Shown here one piece after another: positions 20,138 through 29,704 of a stretch of 64,000 bases of DNA. How positions within the stretch are numbered: position 1 is the first letter of the stretch; the number at the start of each line of letters is the position of its first letter. The notes beneath the pieces were generated by a model. The model did no database searches. It was not told the origin of the DNA and worked only from the letters and a program-made list of their open reading frames with translations. Where the stretch lies: IMG/VR virus record IMGVR_UViG_3300025326_000019. One strand, given 5' to 3'. This stretch comes from an uncultured virus (IMG/VR IMGVR_UViG_3300025326_000019) (Duplodnaviria > Heunggongvirae > Uroviricota > Caudoviricetes). The translations under genes were made by a program, and so were the position numbers.

Positions 20138-20784
20138 AGGAGACCATTTCGGTTGTGATTCCGTGTCGGACGACGGACGTTCCGAGAGAGACGATAGAAT
20201 CCCTGTTTGCGCAGACCTATAAGCACCTCGAGTTTATTATCGTGGTGGACGCTGAGCAGCGTGGGCAAAGCTGGGCGCGAAATCAGGGGATTCAACGGTC
20301 GTCTTATTCCCTTGATGAGATCGAAGCCAGCCGACTGATACTCTTTAGTGACTATGATTGTCGCTGGGAACCTGACGCCGTAGAGTGCCTCTACGATACG
20401 CTGTGCACCGCACAGACAAAGCCACGTGATACCGATGATTGGGTAATAGGATATTCGTTCCCTAGCTACGTACAGTTATTGGACGGTGTGCCTGTGAAAA
20501 CCTTTGGCCTCGAGCCGTGGAGTTGGCCACGCCTGACCTTTGGGAATTACATCACCATGATGAGTCTAGTGGATATTGATGTTTTGAAAGGTATCTTACA
20601 TTTCGACGAGCGCCTTCGGCGATTGGAAGACTGGGATTTGTGGCTTCGGTGTGGACAGCACGGCATTGCTGGAGTGGGCACGGGCAGGATTCTATTTACC
20701 ACGGACGTCAAGCCTGGGGTGAGTTACGGTGATCTGTCTCATGCGGAAGCGGAGATACAGGTGAGGAAACTGAGGGGGCTATGA
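20134..20784 (+). CDS. glycosyltransferase family 2
   Basis: ISVVIP, ARNQGI, FSDYD, FDERLRRLEDWDLWLR. Confidence 0.9.
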   Translation: MKETISVVIPCRTTDVPRETIESLFAQTYKHLEFIIVVDAEQRGQSWARNQGIQRSSYSLDEIEASRLILFSDYDCRWEPDAVECLYDTLCTAQTKPRDTDDWVIGYSFPSYVQLLDGVPVKTFGLEPWSWPRLTFGNYITMMSLVDIDVLKGILHFDERLRRLEDWDLWLRCGQHGIAGVGTGRILFTTDVKPGVSYGDLSHAEAEIQVRKLRGL

Positions 20785-21722
20785 AGAATCTCGGCCCAGG
20801 TGATGTCGTACTTGTGACTGGTGGTAGCGGGTCACTTGCCAGGGCTCTGATTCCACAGATTCTTACTGCTGGTGTAGATGAATTACGTATCTTGTCTCGC
20901 GATGAAGTCAAGCAGGGGGAAATCCACACGCTGTATCCAAATGTCAGGTGTATCTTGGGAGATGTCCGCGATCTCCGGGCGTGTAAAGAAGCCGTGCGCG
21001 GGGCCACGATTGTCTTGCATGCGGCCAGTCTCAAATTTATTGACGTCTCGGAACTCCAGCCGACAGAGTATGTCCTCACGAATGTCCTCGGCACGATTAA
21101 TATGATCCAAGCAGTCACGCAAGAGGGCGGCGTGGATAGAATGATCGGAATCAGTACTGATAAAGTGGCCAATGCTATTAATACATACGGATTGACTAAG
21201 GCGCTCCTTGAGAAGCTCTTCATGGAATCTCATACGCATCGTAAAAGAACAGGAACGACCTTCGTTGTCTGCCGCTATGGGAATGTCATCGCATCGCGTG
21301 GTTCGGTTCTGCTCAAGTGGGCGGAGGCACGGAAGACCGATGCTCCGTTACTCGTGACGGATCCTACTATGACACGCTTCTTCTTCACGTTGGACGAGGC
21401 CGTCGATCTGATAGATCTGGCGCTGGTGCAGGAATCTGGGGTAATCGTCTCCAAGGCGATGTCCTCGACCACGCTAGGGGAGTTAGCGGAGGTGATGGCT
21501 GGGCCAGCCGGGGTGCGTATCATCGGGCGTCGTCCAGGAGAAAAGGTTCATGAGGATCTGTTGTCGGAACTGGAAATGCCGCGCGTGATACGGCAAGAAG
21601 GATTCTTCTTCTACCGACCCTTGTCAACACCACATGAGACGACGGAACCTGCGTATACGTCCTTCACCGCTCGCCGATTGACGCCGGATGAACTGATGGA
21701 GTTGACGGAGCCATGGCGGTGA
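20781..21722 (+). CDS. UDP-sugar 4,6-dehydratase (PseB/FlaA1/CapD-like SDR)
   Basis: VTGGSGSL, SRDEVKQ, GDVRD, HAASLK, STDK, YGLTK (YxxxK), RYGNV..SRGSV, MTRFF, RPGEK.HE. Confidence 0.92.
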   Translation: MKNLGPGDVVLVTGGSGSLARALIPQILTAGVDELRILSRDEVKQGEIHTLYPNVRCILGDVRDLRACKEAVRGATIVLHAASLKFIDVSELQPTEYVLTNVLGTINMIQAVTQEGGVDRMIGISTDKVANAINTYGLTKALLEKLFMESHTHRKRTGTTFVVCRYGNVIASRGSVLLKWAEARKTDAPLLVTDPTMTRFFFTLDEAVDLIDLALVQESGVIVSKAMSSTTLGELAEVMAGPAGVRIIGRRPGEKVHEDLLSELEMPRVIRQEGFFFYRPLSTPHETTEPAYTSFTARRLTPDELMELTEPWR

Positions 21723-22792
21723 CAGTCGGCATCTCTATCGTTTCGATGAATCGACCGCAGATCCTCCGTCAAACGATCTCGCGCCTGACCTGCAATCCAC
21801 AGATCCCGCAGGATCGGATCGTGATCGTCGACAACGGGTCGACGGACCCTGAGACGCTGGCGCTGTTAGAGACGCAAGCGCGTGAGGGCTGGCACATCGT
21901 GCGCAATGCGACGAACTTGGGTCTCTCGCGTGCGGTCAATCAGGGCTTGGCTGAGTTCGCGGCTGATTCGGATTTACTCCTCCATATGGACGATGATGCC
22001 CTCGTGCATCCTGCGGAGACGGACGATTGGTTGGCGCGCATGGTGGATACTATGGTCAACTGTCCGGAGCTCGGGCTCCTCTTGCCGAATACGGAGAACT
22101 ATACAGAGTTTATTCAGCACGATCGGTATCGGGAACTGCGGTGGGGGCTCGGGATGATGTGGGTGCTTCGACGAGATGTGTACACCATTGTAGGGGGCTA
22201 CGATCAGCAACTCCTACATCAAAATGAATGTGATCTCGCCTTACGTGTGCGCATGGCGGGATATACAGTGGGGGCAATGAACGTTAAGGTCATGCATAAC
22301 GATCCTGGTGGTCCACGATCTGATCTATCATTAGCGCGAGAGCATTTAGGCACAGTGCAGTTCAATGATAAGCATTGTGGGTACTTTCGCGGACGAGCGT
22401 GGTCATACGGCACAGTTCCAGTATACAGAATGCAACAGTGGCCGCCGGATCAGGAATGGTACCGAAGATTCTCGAAAGCTAATGCCATCGAATTGAATCC
22501 TGCGCCACCAGAGTATCGAGTAGAAAATGTGCAACCTGGTGAGCGTGTCATTGAAATTATTGAGGTGAGCGAGCAAGGGAAGATCGAAGGTAAGGCCCTG
22601 GCGCGCCGTATTTTCATTGCGGGGGCGTGGTATTTCTGTATCGTTGGGCTTACAAACGAATACGCGCACTGGGCACGTGGGACTGGATACCTCGATGACC
22701 GGGATCGTGCGATCGCCAAGTGGTTCGAGTTGACTGGTGAGAAGTACGAAGGGTACAAGTGGCCGTGTAATCTGCTTAAGCCGGCTGAATAA
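21713..22792 (+). CDS. glycosyltransferase family 2
   Basis: IVIVDNGSTD, NLGLSRAVNQG, HMDDD, VGGYD. Confidence 0.9.
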   Translation: MAVTVGISIVSMNRPQILRQTISRLTCNPQIPQDRIVIVDNGSTDPETLALLETQAREGWHIVRNATNLGLSRAVNQGLAEFAADSDLLLHMDDDALVHPAETDDWLARMVDTMVNCPELGLLLPNTENYTEFIQHDRYRELRWGLGMMWVLRRDVYTIVGGYDQQLLHQNECDLALRVRMAGYTVGAMNVKVMHNDPGGPRSDLSLAREHLGTVQFNDKHCGYFRGRAWSYGTVPVYRMQQWPPDQEWYRRFSKANAIELNPAPPEYRVENVQPGERVIEIIEVSEQGKIEGKALARRIFIAGAWYFCIVGLTNEYAHWARGTGYLDDRDRAIAKWFELTGEKYEGYKWPCNLLKPAE

Positions 22793-23467
22793 ATGCGCTT
22801 AGGCTCGCATCATACCGAAGATTCTAAGGCTAAAATTGTAGCCGCTAATATTGGACGAGTTCCCAGTGCAGAAACACGCATGAAGATGTCGGCTGCTCAC
22901 GCTGGGCAATGTCAGTTTAAGACTATTACTACTTGTGATCTTGAATGGACTGCTGGGTTTTTAGAGGGAGAAGGCACATTCGATTTTTCTAACGGTAGCC
23001 AAAATGTAGGAAAACTGGCTATAGCATGCGAGTAGGTGCGGTACAGGTACAGGCATGGCCCTTGTACAAACTAAAAGATATGTTTGGAGGCAGTATATCT
23101 TTTTATCCCTCTAAAACCGACGGCGGCAGGTTTATCTATGACGCTTTATTCACTTTTATCTCCTCAGCGCCGGGATCAGGTTTTGAAGAAGTTGACTCTC
23201 TGGAAATTGCGGCCTATGTCACATAAATTCCAAACGCATTGTTTCAATGGGCATTTATTATCTGGTGAAAATGTATCTGTGTATACGGGTATCAAGGGCA
23301 AGAGACGGACTTGCTTAACGTGTCAGAGAAAGTACCGCAAGGATAGGCAGTCAGATATGAATCGCCCAATTTGTAAAATGTCAGAATGCGGAATTCCGGT
23401 GTTCGTTAAAGATGTGTGTAAAAAACATTATCAGCGCTATAGGCGTTCGTTGGGAAAAAGGGCCTAG
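22793..23467 (+). pseudogene. degenerate NUMOD3-LAGLIDADG homing endonuclease split over three reading segments
   Basis: WTAGFLEGEG in 22793..23035; VGAVQ..PLYKLKDMFGG in a second frame; MTLYSLLSPQRRDQ and THCFNGH after a further shift. Confidence 0.75.
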
Positions 23468-23471
23468 AAGA

Positions 23472-24611
23472 ATGCACATTGTTGTTGATGGTAATGTGTA
23501 CGAGCCAAATTCTTTCTGCGTTGTCAACCGCAATATTGTTTGCGCCATGCATCGTCTAGGCTATGACGTGCGCCTCGAGGCATGGGGACAGGGACGCGAG
23601 AAACCTCACCGCGAGTCGTTCATTGACCGCGATCTTCTGGACGAGCTTGCAGCGAAGCCAAAAGACTACGACAACGCGATCACGATCCGCCAAAGCTGGC
23701 CACGGTGCGAGCCGTACTACAGCCCTGCCTACAACTGGGATACCATCCAAGGGAAAATCAAAATAGGGCTCCTCCCATGGGAAAGCGAACATCTCCCGGC
23801 GACATGGCTGGACAATATACGGACGGTCGACGTCATCCTGACCATTTCCACGTTCTCTGCTGACCGTATAGAGCGGGAACTGTGCCGAGCGTCCGTTCCC
23901 ACGCCAGTGTGGGGCGTCCCGTTAGGGGTGGATCGCCGGCTGTTCAATCCAGACCGCCCTCCGAGAGCCCTCGAAGGCGCCAGGGCCTTCCGATTCCTCC
24001 ACATAGGCGTCGGGCAGCCCCGGAAGGGGTCGGATCTCGTGCGCCAAGCCTACCTGAACGAGTTCACGGACGCCGACGACGTGACTCTGGTGGTCAAGAC
24101 AGGAGGATGGGATGACGCGTCCGCGTGGACGGAGCATCTCGAGGCCAATGCCCCGCACATCCTGGTCGTGCATGATGATAATATCCCGGAAGCGGAGATG
24201 GGCGGGTTCTACACGGCCTGCCATTGCCTGGTCCATCCGGCGCGCCTAGAAGGGTTTGGTATGACGATGTTGGAAGCGATGTCGTGCGGGATCCCGGTGA
24301 TCTGTACGGAGCAGGGTGCGCACCGGGTCTTTGCCAACGCATCCAACTCGATATTGGTCCCGTGCGTGGAGGAACAGTTCGCGTACTTTCAGGACCTCGT
24401 GGGCATAGCCCATCGCGTGGATCGCGAGGCCTTGCGCCGTGCCATGCGGACGGCGATGCTGGATGCCTCGTGGCCTATGGTCACGCGAACGAATGTACAT
24501 TTACTGCTTCCTGGTCTCATAACAGCGCAAACGTTCTCATGGGCACGCACGGCGGTACAGATCGTAGACCACATAGAACGGATGTTCGGGCCGCTGGATA
24601 AAATATCATGA
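23472..24611 (+). CDS. glycosyltransferase family 4 (GT-B)
   Basis: PLGVD, PRKGSD, HPARLEGFGMTMLEAMSCG (EX7E). Confidence 0.92.
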   Translation: MHIVVDGNVYEPNSFCVVNRNIVCAMHRLGYDVRLEAWGQGREKPHRESFIDRDLLDELAAKPKDYDNAITIRQSWPRCEPYYSPAYNWDTIQGKIKIGLLPWESEHLPATWLDNIRTVDVILTISTFSADRIERELCRASVPTPVWGVPLGVDRRLFNPDRPPRALEGARAFRFLHIGVGQPRKGSDLVRQAYLNEFTDADDVTLVVKTGGWDDASAWTEHLEANAPHILVVHDDNIPEAEMGGFYTACHCLVHPARLEGFGMTMLEAMSCGIPVICTEQGAHRVFANASNSILVPCVEEQFAYFQDLVGIAHRVDREALRRAMRTAMLDASWPMVTRTNVHLLLPGLITAQTFSWARTAVQIVDHIERMFGPLDKIS

Positions 24612-25315
24612 CAGATTCCGAAGCGATTCAACGATTCCGTGCGCTGTATAGCGGTGGTCTGGCACAAAAGCGCCGTGATGCCGGAGACCCGAGTGCCCTA
24701 GCACCATGGCAATCCACGTCGTGGATGGGGAAACCTGTGTCGAAGTGTCCCATGGATCTGTGGGTGTATCAGGAATTGCTGTATGAGACTCAGCCGGATG
24801 TGTTACTTGAATGTGGGACGAGTGGAGCAGGGTCGGCGTTCTTCTTTGCCTCGATCTTCGATTTCATCGGAAAGGGCCACGTGGTCACGGTCGACGTCGA
24901 TGTGTATCTCCATCTCCGGCGAGAGCATCCGAGGATTACGTATCTAGTCGGCGATTGTCTCAGTGAGGAGATTATGTCTGTAATGCGAGAGTGCGCACGG
25001 GGGAAGGCGACCATGGTCTCGCTGGATTCTACGCATACCTACGTGCACGTGAAACAAGAACTGGCGGTCTATGCACCACTGGTGACGCCGGGGCAGTATT
25101 GTGTTGTCGAGGATATCGGGATATTTGACGAAGCGTCCGCCGAGCGCGGACCGCAGTTCACGCCAGCGATTCTTGCGGATCTCGACATCGGTGATCCGTA
25201 CTGGGGGACGCTGGCGGTGGCAGAGTTTTGTCGCGAGCATCCTGAATTCGTGCAGGATGTGACGCGGGAGCGGCATCTCATGACGTCATTCGCGTGGCTT
25301 CGGAGGGATCGGTAA
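24608..25315 (+). CDS. CmcI (cephalosporin hydroxylase)-family / rhamnosyl O-methyltransferase-like protein
   Basis: WMG.P..KCPMDLWVYQE, PDVLLECGT..AGS, LDSTH, GQYCVVED. Confidence 0.88.
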   Translation: MTDSEAIQRFRALYSGGLAQKRRDAGDPSALAPWQSTSWMGKPVSKCPMDLWVYQELLYETQPDVLLECGTSGAGSAFFFASIFDFIGKGHVVTVDVDVYLHLRREHPRITYLVGDCLSEEIMSVMRECARGKATMVSLDSTHTYVHVKQELAVYAPLVTPGQYCVVEDIGIFDEASAERGPQFTPAILADLDIGDPYWGTLAVAEFCREHPEFVQDVTRERHLMTSFAWLRRDR

Positions 25316-26004
25316 TGAGCTATGGTCGTGCACCGACGGTGGATTTAGCTGTCACCGTGAACTTGACCGAAGAGAACGTGATCGACGCATTCCACGGCGT
25401 CTATTACTCCAGGCTCGACACGCTGCGATGGTTCGGGGTGCCCGTGCTCAAATCCCCTATTGATATGTGGATCTATCAGGAGATTCTGTGCCGAACACTG
25501 CCGGATGTGATCATTGAAACCGGCACGGCTTTCGGTGGCTCGGCGTATTTTATGGCAGCAGTTTGTCAGTTGATCGGGAAGGGACGCATTCTTTCTATTG
25601 ACATTGATCCGACCACAGCGAATCTGATGGTGACCAGTCGACCCGTCCATCCCCGCGTGACGTATCTCACGGGCAGTTCAACGGACTCGGCGATACTTCG
25701 GCAGGTCAGAGAGCAGATCCAACCCAGCGAACGTGTGATGGTAATTCTGGATTCGGATCATCATGAGCCGCATGTGAGTGCGGAACTTGAAGCCTACGCT
25801 GGCTTGGTCTCGCCAGACTGCTACCTTATCGTGGAGGACACGAACCTGAACGGCCATCCCGTGGGGTCGGAGTTTGGGCCTGGTCCGTGGGAAGCTGTGG
25901 ACAAATGGCTGCCGGAGCATCCGGAGTTTGTGCTCGACTCGGTCCTCGAGCAGCGCTACGTCGTCACGTTTAACCCGCGTGGGTATTTTCGGAGACTGGC
26001 ATGA
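25315..26004 (+). CDS. second CmcI-family O-methyltransferase-like protein
   Basis: KSPIDMWIYQE, IIETGTAFGGSA, ILDSDH, YLIVEDT, GPGPWEAV, TFNPRGY. Confidence 0.9.
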   Translation: MSYGRAPTVDLAVTVNLTEENVIDAFHGVYYSRLDTLRWFGVPVLKSPIDMWIYQEILCRTLPDVIIETGTAFGGSAYFMAAVCQLIGKGRILSIDIDPTTANLMVTSRPVHPRVTYLTGSSTDSAILRQVREQIQPSERVMVILDSDHHEPHVSAELEAYAGLVSPDCYLIVEDTNLNGHPVGSEFGPGPWEAVDKWLPEHPEFVLDSVLEQRYVVTFNPRGYFRRLA

Positions 26005-26885
26005 TTGATTCGGCGGTGCGAGATCGGACGGCGTGCATGATGAGAGTGAGGAACGAAGAAAGATGGCTAAAAAGGTCACTTGAGCGGACTTACCAGGTGG
26101 CAAAGACCGTTGTGCTGTTTGACGACGGATCTGAAGACAGAACTATACGTGAGGCGCTTGAGACCGTCCTGCCGAGTACGGATGTCATTGATCGCCTGCT
26201 GGCTGCGCCAGATCCCATTGCTGTGGCGTACAACGATCGGTGCTTGTATGTAATCCGTTCTCCGTTTCGGTACAATGTAGTGCGGCCACGAGAGTCAGTC
26301 AATGAAATCGTGGATAAGGTGATACTCTGGCGGTTTGTTAAAGCGACCGTGGATTTTGACTACATACTCTGTCTTGATGGCGATGAAATTCTTACGCTGG
26401 CAGCCATTCGTAATTGGTCGTCGGCTATCGAACAGATGCGCTCGGGCATTGACATCTTGCACATTCCGTTCCTTTACGCTTGGGATGCAGAAGATCGACG
26501 TCGCGTGGACGGTATTTACGGGGACATCCCTGGTAGTTCGTTCGCGAAGTTGAATTTCCCGAGGCTCTTTACCATTCTTCGACTGAACGAACATTCTTTG
26601 TACAATTCTACCTTCCAGTGGCATGGCACACAATGGAGTCTTCACGGAGGCAGTGTGCCTCGCCAGAACTTTCGACCTCTCGGGGCTGAGCCGACGTCTG
26701 GGAATGCCCACCTTCCTGTTTTACACCTTGGATACGTGTCTGAAGAACTCCGGCAACGAAAGTTCATTTTTTATAATGCTCAGGATCCGGCCAACGACGC
26801 GGAAGGGCGGTACGAACATATTGTAGGAAGAAGTGATATTCATGCCCCTGGACCATTGGAATTTGTATCCTGGAGCGATACATGA
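26001..26885 (+). CDS. glycosyltransferase family 2-like
   Basis: VRNEERWL, FDDGSEDRT, CLDGDE, LHLGY. Confidence 0.85.
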   Translation: MIDSAVRDRTACMMRVRNEERWLKRSLERTYQVAKTVVLFDDGSEDRTIREALETVLPSTDVIDRLLAAPDPIAVAYNDRCLYVIRSPFRYNVVRPRESVNEIVDKVILWRFVKATVDFDYILCLDGDEILTLAAIRNWSSAIEQMRSGIDILHIPFLYAWDAEDRRRVDGIYGDIPGSSFAKLNFPRLFTILRLNEHSLYNSTFQWHGTQWSLHGGSVPRQNFRPLGAEPTSGNAHLPVLHLGYVSEELRQRKFIFYNAQDPANDAEGRYEHIVGRSDIHAPGPLEFVSWSDT

Positions 26886-27406
26886 ACGCGAGAACACGCC
26901 GACCTATAATTATAAAAGACGGTATAGCGTATATAGATCTTGCCGGTAGAGACTGGGCACTTATTAACGAGGAAGATTTACCCTTAGTTAGTAATTGGCC
27001 GTGGCATAGGATTAGAGGAAAGTATACTTGGTACGCCGCAACAAATATTAGAGTGCCAAGTCGTCAACAAGAATACATGCACAGAATGATTCTTGGTACA
27101 TCTGGGAACAAATATACCGACCATATAAATGGTAATGGGCTTGATAACAGACTGATCAATTTAAGGGAATGTACTAATGGTCAGAATATGCGCAACGCTG
27201 AAAAGAGAAAACGTGGCAAAGTTTTATCTAGTAAATATAAAGGAGTATGTTGGTCTAAGAAATCTTCTTTATGGAGAGCAACGATTAAGGAGATGGGCAT
27301 TCAAAGACATATTGGACTTTTTAAGTCCGAGGTGGAAGCCGCTAGGGCTTATGATTCAGCAGCAATAAAAGCATTTGGCGAATTCGCAAGGCCAAACTTC
27401 GCATGA
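26882..27406 (+). CDS. HNH-AP2 homing endonuclease
   Basis: MHRMIL, DHINGNGLDNR..NLR, SKYKGV, HIGLF.SEVEAARAYD.AA...FGEFA; markedly AT-rich. Confidence 0.92.
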   Translation: MNARTRRPIIIKDGIAYIDLAGRDWALINEEDLPLVSNWPWHRIRGKYTWYAATNIRVPSRQQEYMHRMILGTSGNKYTDHINGNGLDNRLINLRECTNGQNMRNAEKRKRGKVLSSKYKGVCWSKKSSLWRATIKEMGIQRHIGLFKSEVEAARAYDSAAIKAFGEFARPNFA

Positions 27407-28137
27407 TCTACGCCGTCATCCCGTCCAGAACTGACGCCTACCTCGACGCGCTCCTGTCCTCCATGGAAGTCTCCGAGCCAGGCATGCTCGGGTATGCCGT
27501 GATCGCTGATAATGGGCTAAGTCAAGAGTTCAAAGATCGCTGGAAGATGATGTGTACGTTCGAACCGACGCCACAACCATTCGTATTCGCACAAGCCATC
27601 AACCTCGCGGTGGCCAAGATTCCAAAGAGCGCGGACATCCTCATCCTGAACGATGATACGACTATGGTGAGTACGTTCTGGCGTCAGCGTGCTGAGCGCC
27701 TACTCCGATCCCCAGATCTCGAGCGCTACGGCATGATCTCGCTGGCCATCGACGGAGGCGTGGGGAACCCGGAGCAGAAGCGCGTGTTCTGGCAGACACC
27801 GGACGTGGTCGAGGCCACGAAGACGCTGTGCTTCGTTGCAGTGATAATCCGGCGCACGGCGTGGGACGCAGTAGGGCCGATGGATGAACGGTTTCACGCG
27901 TACGGCCACGATGACGACGACGCAGTGCGTCGCATGAAGTTAGGTGGTTGGAAATGTGGCGTGACTCAGCGTATCGTGGTAACGCACGGCGCTGATGGTA
28001 GGCCGCACAGCGCGTCATATCTTCGGTACCATAGCCAGGAAGAGGCCGATAGGCTCTTCCATGAAAACCAGAGGATCTACTTTAATAAGTGGGGAGGATC
28101 TCCTGGGTATGAAAGGTTAACGGTGCCCAATCCATGA
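27403..28137 (+). CDS. glycosyltransferase family 2
   Basis: FAQAINLA, ILNDDT, VGPMDERF.AYGHDDDD. Confidence 0.88.
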   Translation: MIYAVIPSRTDAYLDALLSSMEVSEPGMLGYAVIADNGLSQEFKDRWKMMCTFEPTPQPFVFAQAINLAVAKIPKSADILILNDDTTMVSTFWRQRAERLLRSPDLERYGMISLAIDGGVGNPEQKRVFWQTPDVVEATKTLCFVAVIIRRTAWDAVGPMDERFHAYGHDDDDAVRRMKLGGWKCGVTQRIVVTHGADGRPHSASYLRYHSQEEADRLFHENQRIYFNKWGGSPGYERLTVPNP

Positions 28138-28352
28138 ACGCCGTGGCCATGGTCAACATCTGCTTTCGTCATGCGTATCCGGAACTCTACGACCGCGACT
28201 GTGTCGAAGAGCCTGCGATCCCAGCGGACCTGCGTCATGGCGCTGGTGTCGGTGATATTCCAGTGGGTGCGGAGATTCCGGATGCCGTGACACTGATAGG
28301 CGACACACTGTCGGAGGCCGAACGCCTGCGGGCGCAGCAGGCATCATGCTAA
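28134..28352 (+). CDS. hypothetical protein
   Basis: ATGA overlap; operon continuity. Confidence 0.45.
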   Translation: MNAVAMVNICFRHAYPELYDRDCVEEPAIPADLRHGAGVGDIPVGAEIPDAVTLIGDTLSEAERLRAQQASC

Positions 28353-28434
28353 TCCGGTGCCCACAGTGTAAGCGGAAGAGCTTCGACCCCGTGGCTGGGG
28401 CCTGTGAACGACGTGCGTGTGGATATACCGCGTC

Positions 28435-28611
28435 ATGAGGGTCTCTTCCCCGCATGTCCTGCCAAAGCGACGTGGTGCCGAACTTATATGTCCCGTGTGT
28501 GGTGGCAAGTTTTACGTGAAGCCCTCACTGGTGGCGAAAACAAGCACGTGCTCATTGTCTTGCAAGGCGGAGAGACAGCGGCGGCCACAACTTCGGTTGG
28601 ATGAGACATGA
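28435..28611 (+). CDS. small Zn-finger protein (CPVC...CSLSC), resembling an isolated HNH-associated Zn module
   Basis: CxxC-GKFY...CSxxC pattern also seen at the N-termini of 1611 and 29701. Confidence 0.5.
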   Translation: MRVSSPHVLPKRRGAELICPVCGGKFYVKPSLVAKTSTCSLSCKAERQRRPQLRLDET

Positions 28612-29093
28612 CTCGTGCTCTGAACCTCGGGTGCGGGACGAAGCTCAAGAAGCCTGGGGATGAGGGCTTCGATGAATGGATCAACGCGGATATTCGCGAG
28701 GATGTCGGGGCGGACATGACTTTCGATTGCATAATAGGTATTCCATTCCCTAATGGGTATTTTGATCATGCGGAGGCTGACAATTTCCTTGAGCACGTCA
28801 GATCGGAAAGCCTCCTCCCACTGATCAATGAACTCGATCGGGTGATCCGAGTTAACGGAACAGTGCGCATAATCGTGCCGCATTTCTTATCACAAGGCGC
28901 AGTCCAAGATCCCACTCACGTCGCGCTATTTTCACCGCGGACGTTCCTCTATCTCAATCAGCGCCAGACAATATTTGGTGGTCGCGCGATCGGCATTACC
29001 GCGAACCTCATCGCCATCGAAGGCCCGACGGTCTATGGAGACATGGCCACGGAAGCGTTTATCACGGTGCTGCTGAGGAAGGAGCCACTGTAA
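28608..29093 (+). CDS. class I SAM-dependent methyltransferase
   Basis: LNLGCG, WINAD, FLEHV, ELDRVIRVNG, QDPTH; similar to 2152..2787. Confidence 0.85.
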   Translation: MTRALNLGCGTKLKKPGDEGFDEWINADIREDVGADMTFDCIIGIPFPNGYFDHAEADNFLEHVRSESLLPLINELDRVIRVNGTVRIIVPHFLSQGAVQDPTHVALFSPRTFLYLNQRQTIFGGRAIGITANLIAIEGPTVYGDMATEAFITVLLRKEPL

Positions 29094-29290
29094 TGATCGG
29101 CGTCAGACCTGAGAACGTACAACTGTACAAGAGTCTTGCCGCCTATCGTCGCGCGCTCATTACAATTGACGATATTCCGCCTGAGGTGCTCCGAGGTATA
29201 GCGTGGCATTTACTGGAAGTCTGTGAAGTGCTTGTACAAGGACTGGATACGTTCAGAACAACCGTGGAAGATGCAATGGCGAAGCGATGA
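29093..29290 (+). CDS. 65-aa hypothetical protein flanked by an 18-bp direct repeat
   Basis: AAGGAG RBS; GAAGGAGCCACTGTAATG at 29078 and 29289. Confidence 0.6.
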   Translation: MIGVRPENVQLYKSLAAYRRALITIDDIPPEVLRGIAWHLLEVCEVLVQGLDTFRTTVEDAMAKR

Positions 29291-29303
29291 AGGAGCCACT
29301 GTA

Positions 29304-29528
29304 ATGTCTGCGTTCTCGTTCGATCGGTGGATGCCGGAACTTGCGCTGAATAACGAGTTCCTCTGTGTGCGATATCGACAAACCACCACGACCGTATCAC
29401 GGGATGTCCATAGTCTACACGGGCAGCCGATATACTTCGACACACGATCAGCGGCGCGAGCACAGTGTGAACTCTTGAATGCGTCGGAGCGTGCAGCTGT
29501 AGTTTCAACACGGAGGTTCACCGCGTGA
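29304..29528 (+). CDS. hypothetical protein
   Basis: AAGGAG RBS and ATG 29304. Confidence 0.5.
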   Translation: MSAFSFDRWMPELALNNEFLCVRYRQTTTTVSRDVHSLHGQPIYFDTRSAARAQCELLNASERAAVVSTRRFTA

Positions 29529-29704
29529 TCGTAACCTGTTCTTCGTGCCAGCTAGAATACGACGATTTATATACGCTCACCTATTGCCCACATTTGCCAT
29601 TCCAAATGCATACGAAGGTCACCGTTAACGGCATCCAGCGCTGCTGTCATAGCATCGAAGAACTGCGCGAAGCGATGCTGGACAAGACGCAGAGTGAACG
29701 ATGA
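29525..29704 (+). CDS. 59-aa Cys/His-rich hypothetical protein (not in the ORF track)
   Basis: GGAGG RBS; GTGA overlap; CSSC..YDD.....CPH. Confidence 0.5.
   Translation: MIVTCSSCQLEYDDLYTLTYCPHLPFQMHTKVTVNGIQRCCHSIEELREAMLDKTQSER

Noticed and set aside
22793..23467. Stop-codon reassignment (TAG read-through)
   Set aside because: The continuation is in different frames, and TAG ends many normal genes here
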